DNA of 64,000 nt from Botryllus schlosseri. Its lineage: Eukaryota. Location of the stretch: NCBI GenBank assembly GCA_051294905.1, contig CM119371.1, positions 32,304,001 to 32,368,000 of the forward strand, in the 5' to 3' direction. The notes beneath the pieces were generated by a model. It saw nothing but the letters and a program-made list of their open reading frames with translations, did not search any database and was not told where the DNA came from. The translations under genes and the position numbers were made by a program. This document shows, piece by piece, positions 13,001 to 25,169 of this stretch (its first letter is position 1; the number at the start of each line of letters is the position of its first letter).

Positions 13001-14272
13001 GAATAAATTTGCAATATGAACGTATTGTTTGCTGTAATATTGAAGTGCTGTACTCCGAAAAGCCTATTTAATTGATGAATGTATTTTAACGACAGCAATG
13101 TCACTTCAGAGCCATTTCTCGCCGATAGTGACGAACACAATGTGGATTTGAGAATAGCATTGTCATACAGGCGCCGCCATGTCTGCTTCTATCTGATCGA
13201 TCGACACACGGTGCAATCCTTAATTTAGATTTCAAGGCATTCGATTACCCCGGTACCCCGAATTTACCAAGATATCAACTCATTAGGGTTGAGTAGGTGA
13301 CGAGATAGCGTCGTTGTTCAACTGTGTGGCCTAGTTAATCTCGATATTTGATTCATGCGGCCCGCATCATCTACGAAATTTGAAAAGTGGCCTGCGACCC
13401 GTTTTGAGTTGGCGAGCCCTGGCATAAGCGGTGTCTTACAAAAGCCTAGAAGTGTGCTTTGCTACAAGTCGGCGGTTACGGAATCAAAAATAAGAAATAC
13501 CAGCCTGGTGTAAATGACCATTGTATTCGGCAAACACCATGATTACCAGAAACGACATTAGGGTTGAGCACATCGTAAATGCCGAAAACGCAAGTCTTCT
13601 CGCTTTGACGAACTTACGCGTAAGCTCCACTCTCGCACGCTGCGCGTACACGTATATAATAACATACAGTCACTAACATTTGACGTGGTAAGCAAGTAGT
13701 GGGGAATCTCGGCAGACTGGATCCGCGGGCCACATTATCATGTAAGACGGAAAACTGTCCGCGGGCCGGATAAAATCCCTTCGCGGGCCGGATCCGGCCC
13801 GCGGGCCGTATGTTGCCCACCCCTGCAATATACCAACTGAAATATGCCATGCTATCCAAATTACCGTAGGTTTCATCAAACAACCTCTTAGAGAAACACG
13901 AAATTAATCGGTTCGGCGTATCTTATAAGCGACTGACTATGCAATATATCCGTAAAACGAACACGTCACTGCATGGCGCCCGTTAACTTCCTCAAAGTCA
14001 CGGGGAAGTCGACATAGTTATGCAGCAACTAGTGGTCGCAAATAGTCATGTATACCAATAGATGAAAAAGGTAGTGACAGGCTAAAAGGGGCGGTATCAT
14101 GATAAGTTATTGCATTCGGAGCCAAGAGAGGCATTGGCGAGCACGACTTTGTGTAATTTGGTTACAGTATCTTATGCGGTCAATGTGTCCCTTGCGTGTG
14201 CCTTATTCCTGTCACCATCGATATATATTCCATCACAAAGTCAGGCGATAGTACTAAAGTTTATTTCTGAAA

Positions 14273-17200
14273 ATGTCGCTCAAGATCAGGATTCTGTTGA
14301 TGTTCGTAGCCGTGATATGCTCCCGATGTTCAGGTGTGTGGAATTTGAGTTCTAAACTTGCTGGTTCGGAACGAAATTCGTTATTTTAGCGAAATTCTGC
14401 ATGAGACGCTTCGTCGCAGGAAAATGGGTAGCAAGCGGAGATTGTGGGGTGGGTATACAAGTGGTTGAACCGTAGTCACTGGACGTGGACGTCGTATATG
14501 TCGCAATGATTTTCAGGGTTTCGGAACGATGTTGAAGGTGACTCAGGAGGTCAAGGAAAAAGCGCAGGAATGGACTGTGAGTATATAGGTCTGCGAAACA
14601 TCACGAAATATCACGTCATAACAACATGGAAGTTCATGTGTACCGGGGGCATAGCGTAGTGGTGACGATAAGCGCCTACTAATCTGGCGGCTCCGGTTCG
14701 ATTACCGTCGCCGTTCTTATACGGCGACAAAAAAAGCTCGGAAATAGACCCGACGCAAGAAAACACTCATAAGGAATGGAAAGAACTAGTAGAAAGAGCC
14801 GCGGCTGCAAAAAGATCTAAGACATCGGGCACTGTAGGCCGAGGTGGATGTTAGATTGAAAGGATCGCAACAACTGCGTGTCGTTCGACATCCTACTATC
14901 TGTTCATTGCATCGCATTGTGTCTTCGCATTGTACATTGTGTGTGACTTGTTCAGATGAAAAATATAACTCAACGATTATTATTATTATATGTCACCAAA
15001 AAGAATACAATCCCGGTTCTACATCACATCAAGATAATAGTGGATTTTTTCGAATATATCCATTGCATTGCACTTTTTGACAATGCTGTGGGTCGTTCAC
15101 GGCTTCACAGATAAATCATTTCCGCTAACGTACGTAGCTTTGCACGGCATGTTTCTTATTCTGTGGCAAAGGAGCTCAAATATCAGTACCTCAAAACAAC
15201 GTATCTCACTAGTCCACTCGAAAAAAGGCAAAACCGTGTATTCGAATCATTCTGCACAGCCCAAACTGTGCGTAAGGTAATTTTCAAATGGCACTCTCCA
15301 TAAAGTAAGCCTTCACTTAAATTCTAATAAGCATGTTACAAATACCAACAATGCAACGACATCAACATATAGTATGACTCCAAATGCTGAGCAGGCTATA
15401 GGGCAGAAGTGGTAAAGGTACTCAGCGCTCAGAGTTGTTGCTACTTAAGTAGAGGTAGAAGCTGCTAAATGGGTAGAATTCTACTAAATTACAGACAGAG
15501 GGAGATATTTCGGTCCAATACACCCCTCTAAGGCAATAGCCGAGCATATTTTCGAAAACAGCTCAATTTGTAAAGTGTCTTCATCAGGGTTGTAACCAAA
15601 GTCACGAGGTTCCGAGTCACATGTCAATCTCAATTGTATAGTTTTGACTCGAGTCAAGTCGAGTCATTTTCAGTTCACCACCGAGTCAAGTTCGAGTCCA
15701 AGTCAGTGAGTAGAGGGTCGTATCCAGCAAGTCATCATGGTCATTGTTCAGTTTTTAGTTCCATTCGGTTCAAACCACTTTTACCAACTCCCCTCGAGTG
15801 ATGTACACTGTATAATGGGCCTGTAGAATGACTCGCATTCATAATACTGTAATTTTCATCAGCCTAAACAGTTCATGCCCCTTTTTACCAAGTACCAGAA
15901 CTGATCGCCGAAATACCAATAATGCGGTAACTTTACTATTCCTCGAAGTTACAATGAAATGTCTTGAGTAGGGCAACGACATTAAGGAATCACACCACAT
16001 GCGTCAATTGTGGCGTACGGAATTCTGAAGCTATATTTACACTACAAGTCTTGGCGAAAAGAATGTGTTTTCTCACCCGTGTAGGCATCTACCACCCCTG
16101 ATATACGGGTGTGAATATGTGGCAGCCCGCCCATTAGGGGTTATAATTGTTTGTTATTGTGGTAGTGTTGTTTTTGCTGGGACCACCAAGTGTCTGGTTC
16201 GGACTAGGTAGAATGGAAACTTGGTGGACACATAATAATGCATGCTTTCTTCTGGCCTAAGCTGTGTGCCACGAGGACGTATAATAAAAGGCCCTGAGAA
16301 GGAATAGGTGAATCTCTTAATATCTACAATATCAGGGGGTCTTCCAGAAATATACACCCGTGGAACATTAATCCAGATTCCAGAACTTACCCCAGGCTTA
16401 CACCACGGTATAAACCAAACAAAACATTTTCATTCAAATGATGCTTCCACGTAGGATTCATAACTGCGATATTATTCTGGTTTAGGTTCTGCTGTTGTGT
16501 ACCACCTTTTGGGCGGAGATCATTGAGTTGACTGATCTGTTAGAATGCTAATCGCGTGATTAAAAACCGATAATCGTATTGCATTTTGAGCGGAGATCAA
16601 AATGTTAGCTGATCAGGGAGAACGCTGAAACTGTTAATCGGGGTGCATAAAGTCGGATGAAGTTACGCGTGATAAGTACCCGCGGTGTCCCGGGTTGCCA
16701 ATCAAGTGGTGTGTGAGATGTTATACGTTGTATCATAGTGCGAAAACGCGGTATAGGCTGCCTGTTGTCAGGTTGTTGAATGAGACGGCGTGATGCCTAT
16801 ACAAGATACTGTGATTGAAACTGGTAGAATTACCATCATCGCGAGATGGAGGTCGTAGCGACACAACGGGTCATAGAATATATAAAAGATATGTTGCATC
16901 GCAATGGTGTGTGTATAACTCGTTGATTGTCCGATTGTTGATTGAAGCCATTACCTATGAGACAATCGTCAGGTTCAATATAAGAAATATTCATGCGTAG
17001 GAAATTTACAGTTTGTCCATGTTTGCTAAATCATTCGACTAAAAATGTAACTCGACCAACTTTATGCGCACTTGCGCAGCGATCAACCGGTTTCCTTAAT
17101 CCTGGGTTGTTGAATCCTGACGAACGTGATACCGACTTTATGACCGCCACCCTTAGGATGTGAATACATACAATTTTTGGTAAGAGTGAAGTACGTATAG

Positions 17201-20200
17201 CTGTTTGAATTTTATCGTAGGTTTTCCAGCGAAGAACAAAGGGGGTCTTGTTGGACGAGGATTTCTTCCGAAATTGGACTGATTACGTGAAAGGATTTGG
17301 GAACCCCCAAGGAAATTTCTGGCTCGGTAAGGTCACCAAGACGTGCGGTATGAACATGAGTTGACTAGCAAGCCGTTCTTGAAGATATATGGAGACGTAG
17401 TAGGTTTTGCCTGTTTGCATTTTATACACAAGTGGTTATGTTCTAAAACTTATTCCACTTCTACTTGAGGAAAACTACTTCTTATACCTTAAATTATGTA
17501 AAGTAGGAAGTAGAACAACAACCATAAAACCAGTAAAGTGTATAGCTTTTCGTTTCATACTGACGGCCGTGGTGGGGACCATACAATCAAAACAGTGTCA
17601 AGAGCTATATCGTTGATCAAGCGGTGATATACATATACAGTGCTGCTATTACGTGACCTTACGAGTATATAGTTTGTTAAAGTGATGCATCACCATAGAA
17701 TATTAGTATTTAGGTACATTTTATGGCCGGCTTCAAGTTGTGCTACGTAATCACAACAATATCCTCTGCTCAGGACTCGAGGAACTGCATCTAAAGACTG
17801 GGGAAGGAAACGTGGAGCTGGAAATCAACATGATAGCGAAAACCGGATCTCGCTTGGTTGCAAGATACAGGTAGACGCTAAAATCGAACAATATTACGAC
17901 AGTAGCCCCATGTCGCAGCGACGGCATATTTTTACTGTACCTAAACAACACACGCTACAGCCGGACGCGCACACTGGCATCACGACGCAACTGCAACTCT
18001 AGTCATAAATAAGTCGAGGCGCAATGCCAAAGGCGAATAAGGATATATTACTATCGCAGTAGCTTTAGATCAAGGCCGGCCAACCTTTTCAGCCAAAGGG
18101 CCACATTCGATTGACGAAATATCGCGCGGGCCACTTACCGCGCTAGGCGCGAAAAAATTTTGAAGTTCATAGGTCAATAATATTGTCACTTGACTATACG
18201 GCCGTAAACCAAACTTTACGCTGATTGGTCGAGAGACAATGGCCATGGATACGACGCAGCAACGGAGGACGCTGCATTTACTTCAACATATAGTCGGCAC
18301 TACGATGTATTCCTATAGCCGTGTAGACTGTATAAAAACGACAAGATTACAGTTAAATGTTTATTTCTTCATCAATAATGAAATTAGGAAAGGAAATAAA
18401 ATATTTAATAACATATACTGAAATATAATGCCGAAATACTACTGTGTTTATGAATGCAGTGCCACCAATGGAAATGAACTGGGGAAGAACAGATTTTTCC
18501 ATTCATTTCCTTCCAACGGTCCAAGGTCAAGAAGGCTTGGGAATGCAGAGTAATAAGGCAGGATTTCAAGCCTACTTCCACAAGCTTCATTTACTCCTCA
18601 TCGCCGACCTCACTGCAGTTGCACTGACTTAAAAAGTCCAGAAATCACAGTGAGGCGAGCTACAAGTCGGCAGCTAAAGTGCCGATGAATCGCGAGCCGA
18701 TGCATGAGAGAGTGGAAAGAATGTCAAAGACAAGAATAAATGCATTGATCAGTTCGAATACTGTCATGACGTGGAGCACAAAGCCTTAAACAGGCTAAAA
18801 GCACCACTGTTGTGTACAATATTAATAATAATAATAATTTGCTCCTACCAATTTTGCAAGGAAGATTTTGCTGCTAGTGCATTATAGATATACCAATACA
18901 GTCACGTCTAAAGAGAGGTGCGATTCCCAGTCGCAATCTCCGTGGTGAAGCAGAAGATTTTGCGCATTGCAAAGAGGCGGACCCTGAACTCCATGCCGTG
19001 TCAACTGTCTTCCTGCAATGTTGTGGATGCTGCACATGCAAATCTTACATTGTCATCTGGTGATCCTGATCTAGAATCGCCATCGTGTAGCCTTGAAATG
19101 GAATCTTCAAATCCATCACCGGAATCTTAGGGTGAGAAGCCAACGAAGTCAGTCATATGCAGATTAGCTACCTAAGCCCACAGAACATCAGAACAGAGAG
19201 GATGTGCAGAATGGGGCAAATACATAGGGCTCTTCGACTCACAAGTAGCAATTTTGGTAGGGTTTTGGACTGCTTTGAGGGGAACAAGACAGCAGGTACT
19301 CCATATGCAACATCTCTTTTCAAATCACTTCAATGACAGTACAGTATGAACAGGTATTCAATATTGTGGGGGTTATTGCACGAAGAAAGCGCCATTCAAG
19401 ACTACTAAGCATCACGCATGTGAATGTAGCAAAGATTGGTCATGTTCTTTTTCCATATGGATATCTGGGTGCTTCACATGATAGAGTGATTCTAGCTGAG
19501 CAGACCTCATCTGCACTGGTGTGCTTGAGGTATCGTAACAGCACATGCAATGAGTTCATGAAATTTGAACTTGGGCAGAAATCACAGGAAAGGAGTTTTT
19601 ATTTGACTGCTGCTAGATAATTACAAGTAAATCACTCTTATTGGCATCAAATTCAGGCCCAAATGTATGCCACAAATAGTCCTGCCTTCTTATACTCTGC
19701 CTTCCCAAGCCTTTCTGTCCTTTGCGTTGGAAGAAAATGAATGGAAAGATCTGTTCTTCGCCCCAGTTCATTGCTATTGGTGGCACTGCATTCATAAACA
19801 CAGTAGTATTTCGGCATTATATTTCAGTATATGTTATTAAATATTTTATTTCCATTCCTGATTTCATTATTGATGAAGAAATAAACATTTAACTGTAATC
19901 TTGTCGTTTTTATACAGTCTACACGGCTATAGGAATACATCGTAGTGCCGACTATATGTTGAAGTAAATGCAGCGTCCTCCGTTGCTGCGTCGTATCCAT
20001 GGCCATTGTCTCTCGACCAATCAGCGTAAAGTTTGGTTTACGGCCGTATATTGCGAGCCTGCCGTATGTCGCTGGGCTAAGTTTGCGAGGATTGGGCGCG
20101 GGGACATATCGATATCGAAAGCTGCGACCAACATGCGTCAATCTTTCCGTGCTTAGGTTTCATAGTCACGATATTACTGCGAGCGCAAACGCAAGGTCGC

Positions 20201-21985
20201 ATTTGTTGAACGACAATTTGTCCCGTAATCGCGAATATAGTTAGACTCAATCTGATACATCAGGCGTTCTTCCATTTTCACAAAAAGGGCAACAATATTA
20301 AAAACAAGGAATCGAGTGACAACATGTTGCGCTAAGCTTGCAGAAAATTTTTACTTTTGATAAATCGATCGCAAATTATTCTGCTTTATTGTAGTGTACG
20401 AAGGAATACCAATATGTGACTGGCTGATGGATCTGTCAATGCGTCGGAACTGATATTTTAGTCATCACATCTCAAGTGTTGCGGCCAAACTAATCAAATT
20501 TTTGGTTGGCCTTGCAAGTTCACAATCTGTGCAATCCATTTTTGATATTAGAAATTTCGGAAATTACCTCGCGGGCCACTCAAAACCTTCTCGCGGGCCA
20601 CGGGTTGGCCGGCCCTGCTTTAGATTGATACCGGTTTTTATAAACTTTGGCGCTGGGTAAGACAGTTCAAATACTGCCGTAAATTGACTGCAGTCAAATG
20701 AAAAAAAATGATGTGTTCCAAGCGCAATGAGCCGTGCGATTTGCTCACGTCTATAACAGTGTAAGCATAGTGTCCTATATGGTGTCGACACAGGCAAATC
20801 TCACGCCTCAGTGAAATTGTATCACGTCACAATTTCCATTTGGCTACAGGCAATTTGACGGTCATTTTTGACCGGCATGCCGAGCATTAAATTTGGTAAA
20901 ACGGGTATCAATCGAGAGCTGACTCTGCACTGATTACGAAAATATAAATTTCATTCCGCTCGTGGCCCTGGAACTCCCACAATCAGCCCGAATTTTTCAT
21001 TGTTATTGAGATTGGCATTAGGACGCAACAATGCTGTCTGGCTCTTTTTCTCTTGAGCTACTCTCTCGTTTCGCCAGACAGCATTGTTGCGTCCCAATGC
21101 CAATCTCCATAACAATGAAAAATTCGAGGCTGATTGTGGGGGTTCCAGGGCCGCGAGCGGAATAAAATTTATATTTTCGTAATCAGTGCAGAGTCAGCTT
21201 TCGATTGATATCCGTTTTACCAAATTTAATGCTCGGCAAGCCGGTCAAAAATGACCGTCAAATTGCCTGTAGCCAAATGGAAATTGTGACGTGATACAAT
21301 TTCACTGAGCCGTGGGATTTGCTTGTGTCGACACCATATAGGACACTATGGTGTAAGACACCATGGTCAAACTGATTCACCAAGCCAGTTCCAGCTCTGA
21401 CCACGTACAAAATAACCTCGAAACGGCAATATAGAAACCCGGGTTGCCACACTAGAATATTTTAGGATCTATAAAAATTGCGACGTAAATACGATTGAAT
21501 AAGATTGATAGTCCAAATACTAGCAACTGACACAAAGCATGCAAGGAGTGCGAAACTGAACGGCAATCAGTCAGACACATAACAGTTACGTCACAGAGAC
21601 CGTACGGAGTTTATTGAGCCGCAACGTTTATGGCTCATGAAGTCCAAATCGCGACTTCAATCATTAAACGCAATTCTTGCAATACAGCACATTTCGAGTC
21701 GGACCCCGCTCCGGCAACTACACACTGATCGTTTCCGGATACTCCGGCAATGCTACCGATGAACTCTCACCAAGCAACAATCATCGATTCACTACGAAAG
21801 ACGCGGACCATGACGATTGGGCAGAAGGGAATTGCGCTGTTTACGACGAAGGGGCTTGGTGGTATAATAACCAGTGTGGTCGGACCAACCTTAACGGAAA
21901 TTTCTTGAAAGCAGGCTGGAAGGAGGTCTGGTGGTGAAATTACTACCTTTGCTTTACCGAAATGAGGTTTCGTCGCAGATCCTGA
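14273..21985 (+). CDS. Secreted fibrinogen-related domain (FReD; ficolin/angiopoietin/FIBCD1-like) protein; premature in-frame TGA at 21935-21937, possibly a pseudogene or truncated allele
   Basis: Exons 14273-14333 (signal peptide [20 protein letters not shown]), 14390-14448 ([19 protein letters not shown]), 14517-14576 (..KAQEWT), 17221-17326 ([28 protein letters not shown]), 17774-17870 (LEELH..ELEI..ARYS), 21688-21937/21985 ([29 protein letters not shown]....[13 protein letters not shown]). All GT-AG with matching phases; AATAAA at about 22044. The last three exons are well supported and the first three are moderately supported. Confidence 0.82.
14645..14989 (+). mobile_element. tRNA-derived SINE
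   Basis: GGGGGC-A-TAGCGTAGTGG (A box) and GGTTCGATTACC (B box) at tRNA-like spacing, then an unrelated body and an (ATT)n tail; no complete acceptor stem. Confidence 0.65.
15585..15963. mobile_element. GACTCGAGTC-rich hAT MITE (family C), truncated copy
   Basis: Starts CAGGGTTGTAACC; homologous to the many copies at 29810-61648. Confidence 0.8.
16511..17152. mobile_element. Harbinger-type MITE, diverged reverse copy of 2154-2749
   Basis: GGGCGGAGATCATTGAGT ... ACTTTATGACCGCCACCC-TTA; shares GTTCGTCAGGATT..ACCCAGGATTAAGGAAACCGGTTGAT in reverse. Confidence 0.7.
18197..20048. mobile_element. Long-TIR (~365 bp) element flanked by TA (Tc1/mariner-like), nested in 18071-20617
   Basis: 18197-~18562 is a near-identical reverse complement of ~19680-20048, so the same spurious ORF appears on both strands; TA on each side. 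Confidence 0.8.
18599..18836 (+). mobile_element. Short retroposed element (SINE or LINE 3' end) with I-LINE-like tail
   Basis: Ends GTGGAGCACAAAGCCTTAAACAGGCTAAAAGCACCAC..(TAA)n like the LINE at 10427-10491; flanks ATTTACTCCT / ATTTGCTCCT (9/10). Confidence 0.55.
20766..21350. mobile_element. Foldback (palindromic) MITE with CATAG termini and 7-bp TSD, P/Galileo-like
   Basis: Arms 20766-21042 and 21073-21350 are near-perfect reverse complements around a 30-nt loop; GTGTAAG on both sides. Confidence 0.85.
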
Positions 21986-22657
21986 ATCTGACGGATCGAT
22001 TTCAATATGCGCAGAAAGACAGACAATTTAGTGATTCGTTAAAAATAAACACGAATTTTACTGGAGACTGTTGATTACACAATGCTGAAAATCTCAAAAT
22101 TACTCCACTCCCCAGACAGGCACGTGCTCGAACAAGAATCACATCACACAATGCACAATCGGTTGTTGTGAATTCATTTATTTATAATTCCCCGTTTTCC
22201 GGCGATCGTCCTTGAAAGCGTCAGCTTGTTAAGCTTAATCCGCTTCTTACGTATTTTGCCGCATATTTAACACGTATAATAAATCTGCTATGAGGCATCT
22301 GAATGAAATTGCATCAAGCTGTTACGATTCAATAGTAGACCTGTACTTCTGTCGATACGTTGCGCCATTGAATCCTGATCAAGAGGTGTCCTGTCCCGGT
22401 TTTGAATATCCGAGTCTCGGGACATCTCCAAATATCGAAGGCGTGTGTGGAATCCTCCTCAAACACGATGCCAAGTTTCAACGCAGGAACTTCTTCAACT
22501 TCCCTAATCTAGGGGATAAAGCTTGAAGCGGGCCAAATGTTTTTCTCGAGTCAAATTTTCCAGAATTTCTTCAACTTGGAAAGCATAGTTCTTGATTCTT
22601 ATATCCGCAGCCCTAGTATATACGACAAAATTACGAAATTTTGACTGTACCATAATA

Positions 22658-23521
22658 CAGTGGTCGGGAACCTATGGCTCTTTTGGGTATAAGATATGGC
22701 TCTTTGACATATTTTTAATTTTATACTGAATTTGACCGATATTGCAGCAACTTGTTGGTAAATGTTCTTCACGACCAGAATAATTATTCTCGTGACAGCA
22801 TGAACATGTATTTGAGAGGTCAATGCGGGGGCGTATCCAGGGTTAAGGGCTCGGACCCCTTTACAAAATCCTCAAATTTAAGTTGCTGTAGCGCCAGCGA
22901 CCAATATCTCTCGCAATTCGATGTACAGGCATCGTGCGCTGCGTAGGCATCTTGGATTGCACCATACGTTGGTTGGTCAAGAGAAAAGCAGCAGACATGG
23001 GAACGCTTATATGACAATCTAGTTTTCAAATACACGTTGTCTTCCCGATCTAGGTCTAGAAATGAACTGCCTTGGAAGTGGCATTCCAATTCCAAACCAA
23101 ATTACAAACAATACTTCGCTATCCACGTCCAAATTGATAAGTAGCTTTCTGGTTATGTGGTTCAAATGTAGGCGTGTAGTGCAACGTTTATGTTAGCGCC
23201 GAATTCAGAAGTCGATCAATATTTAGATTCGGTTTTCGGAATCAGGGCTATAGTTAGGCCTATATTAGATTAATATCAGTTATTATAAATTCTGAGCTAT
23301 TTACGATGAATTGCTCTATCACAGGATGATTAGTAGCCTACGAGCTTTTACAGAGAAAATATGGCGCCGACGACGAATCCCATGAAGTGAGTTCAAATAA
23401 GTACTCGAATGACGTCATGGCCTTTAAATTGTGACGTAACAATGGATTGACAAGTATGGCTCTTTGCGAGAAAAAATGGAAAATATAGGGCTCTTCAAAC
23501 AAAAAAGGTTCCCGACCACTG
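22658..23521. mobile_element. hAT family A, copy 2
   Basis: TIRs CAGTGGTCGGGAACCT / AGGTTCCCGACCACTG; perfect TSD CCATAATA. Confidence 0.9.
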
Positions 23522-25169
23522 CCATAATATATATATATTTTACTATATACAGCTACAACTTCTAGTACGAATTTTAATACCTCAACCCGAGATTCCAGGG
23601 AATGATTTCGACAATCTGCATCAGGGCGATCGCCATATACCGGCATTTCGCGAAGCTATTGCCCATAGATGGCAAGGTCTTTTTGGTAGAACATGAAAAT
23701 CTTTTGGTAGTTCGTGCAGCAACACTAATCTGAATCTATACGAGGCAAAACAGGCATCAGTGACCCTAAAATAGTTACTACAGTTAAACCTAACACCATA
23801 AAGTGGAATGATTAAGTACAAAAGATGACAGATGCAGGGATGGCAGGCGTGTTGTATAATAAGTAGGGTTGACAAAAAAGGTCATATTACCCAGCTATTC
23901 TCACGAAATACAGTGTTGAGATCAAGTAACTACCTACGAGTCATCTCGAGTCATTGCACATTTTGACTCGAGTCAAGTCAAGTCAAGCCAATCGATTTTC
24001 GAAGGTGACCCGAGTCAAGTCAAGGCACTCGTTTTTGGAGGTGAATCGAGTCAAGTCAAGTCATCAATTCACAATTCAAGTCAAATCAAATTTTCGAAGT
24101 ATGAGTGATGATTCAAAGTCATTGCATTTTGGTAGCTGTGTGAAAGACAGATTAATTGGCCATTTATCTTGAATCAAATTTTGAATATAAAATTAACGAG
24201 AAATGCAAGAAGACGTTGTATGGCTCACGCATACTTAGAACTACAAATAAAATACTTGAGTAACTGTGCAGACAGCCAATTATTATCAGCCAAAACATAG
24301 GACCGAATACGAAGCCTCGAGATGCTGAAACAAATTGATACGGTACAATAGCCTACACTACCCATCAGTGACAATATAAACGCTCAAACTATATTTGTTC
24401 GATTTAAATCAGTGATTCCCAAGTGCGGCCCCGAGGGCCGCATGCGGCCCTCAGATAGCCTTCTTGCGGCCCCAAAAATATATTAAGAAATGGATTTATG
24501 ACAAAAAATAAAAGAGGACAAATCATCCTAAAAAAGGACGTATGGTAACCCTGTGATAACTAGATGTGCAACACGTGGCTCACGGTTGAATACGCCGAGA
24601 TTAGGGTTGTTCAGATTTGAAAAATTGTCAGGAAACTTCGATGCTTGTGACCACAATGATGGTTTAGTACATAAAAACACTTTTACGAGCAATTTTGGTC
24701 ATCTTCATCGTGATCTTCTATCCCCGAAAACCCCCTAAAGATCCACGGGGAAATTCTCCTTACTACTTGATATGTAATGTTGACCACGTCACCGGTTTAT
24801 AGCTTTTGTGACGTTATCAGTTGAAAACGGCCGTGTAGAGATGATATATTGCAATAAAATAGCCATGATTTCAAAATTGTACTTAAGTGCAGTCCCATAA
24901 AGGCACATGCATAACGATTTCACTCTGCACAACCTGTCTATCATGCTCATGGGAATCATGTATTGGTTGCACCATTGACATCGGCTTGTTTTGGATCGTA
25001 CATTGAAGAAGCGCCGTTGGGTTGCAATTCGTGAACAAATACTGATATTCCCAGCTAGTTTCCAGCCATAAGGTATTATTCAAAGATATTTAATGTCAGT
25101 AATACTTTTCTCAACTTCAAATCATCTGTAAAATACCGAGTTATCTTATTTTATGGTAAACTGCAATTT

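Larger units (their letters stand above)
12087..13068 (-). mobile_element. 5'-truncated Penelope-like retroelement: GIY-YIG endonuclease remnant with inverted pseudo-LTR copies
   Basis: ORF 12403-12903(-) LPWIG...NIIYQYTCRCDSRYVGRTSQRLQQRIREH...SAIRQHL...FSIVARGRSLFHLKVLE, continuing after a frameshift as KPILCRQKE; ~138-bp inverted repeats 12087-12224 / 12904-13041; possible TSD TAATTAATGAAT / TAATTGATGAAT. Confidence 0.9.
11957..13825. mobile_element. Non-autonomous hAT (Buster-like) element hosting a Penelope insertion and a further hAT end (to 13421)
   Basis: TIRs CAGGGGCGGGCAAC / GTTGCCCACCCCTG; perfect TSD CAATATAC; GCGGGCCG subterminal repeats. Confidence 0.88.
18071..20617. mobile_element. 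Non-autonomous hAT (Buster-like) element in FReD intron 5
   Basis: TIRs CAAGGCCGGCCAACC / GGTTGGCCGGCCCTG; perfect TSD CTTTAGAT. Confidence 0.88.

Noticed and set aside
14390..14576. Frameshift in a single long FReD exon 2
   Set aside because: A 68-nt GT-AG intron at 14449-14516 restores the frame without invoking a mutation; this needs transcript confirmation.
14645..14715. Functional tRNA gene
   Set aside because: A and B boxes are present, but there is no clean cloverleaf or oligo-T terminator, and the sequence runs into a body with a simple-repeat tail, so it is better explained as a SINE.
18239..20141. Duplicated ORFs [10 protein letters not shown].. and MFMNAVPP.. on opposite strands
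   Set aside because: Artefact of the long TIRs; no recognisable protein features.
21986..22050. SECIS element that would make the FReD TGA a selenocysteine codon
   Set aside because: A CTGAC..AA..TGAT arrangement is present, but the intervening helix does not base-pair and the 3' UTR is very short.
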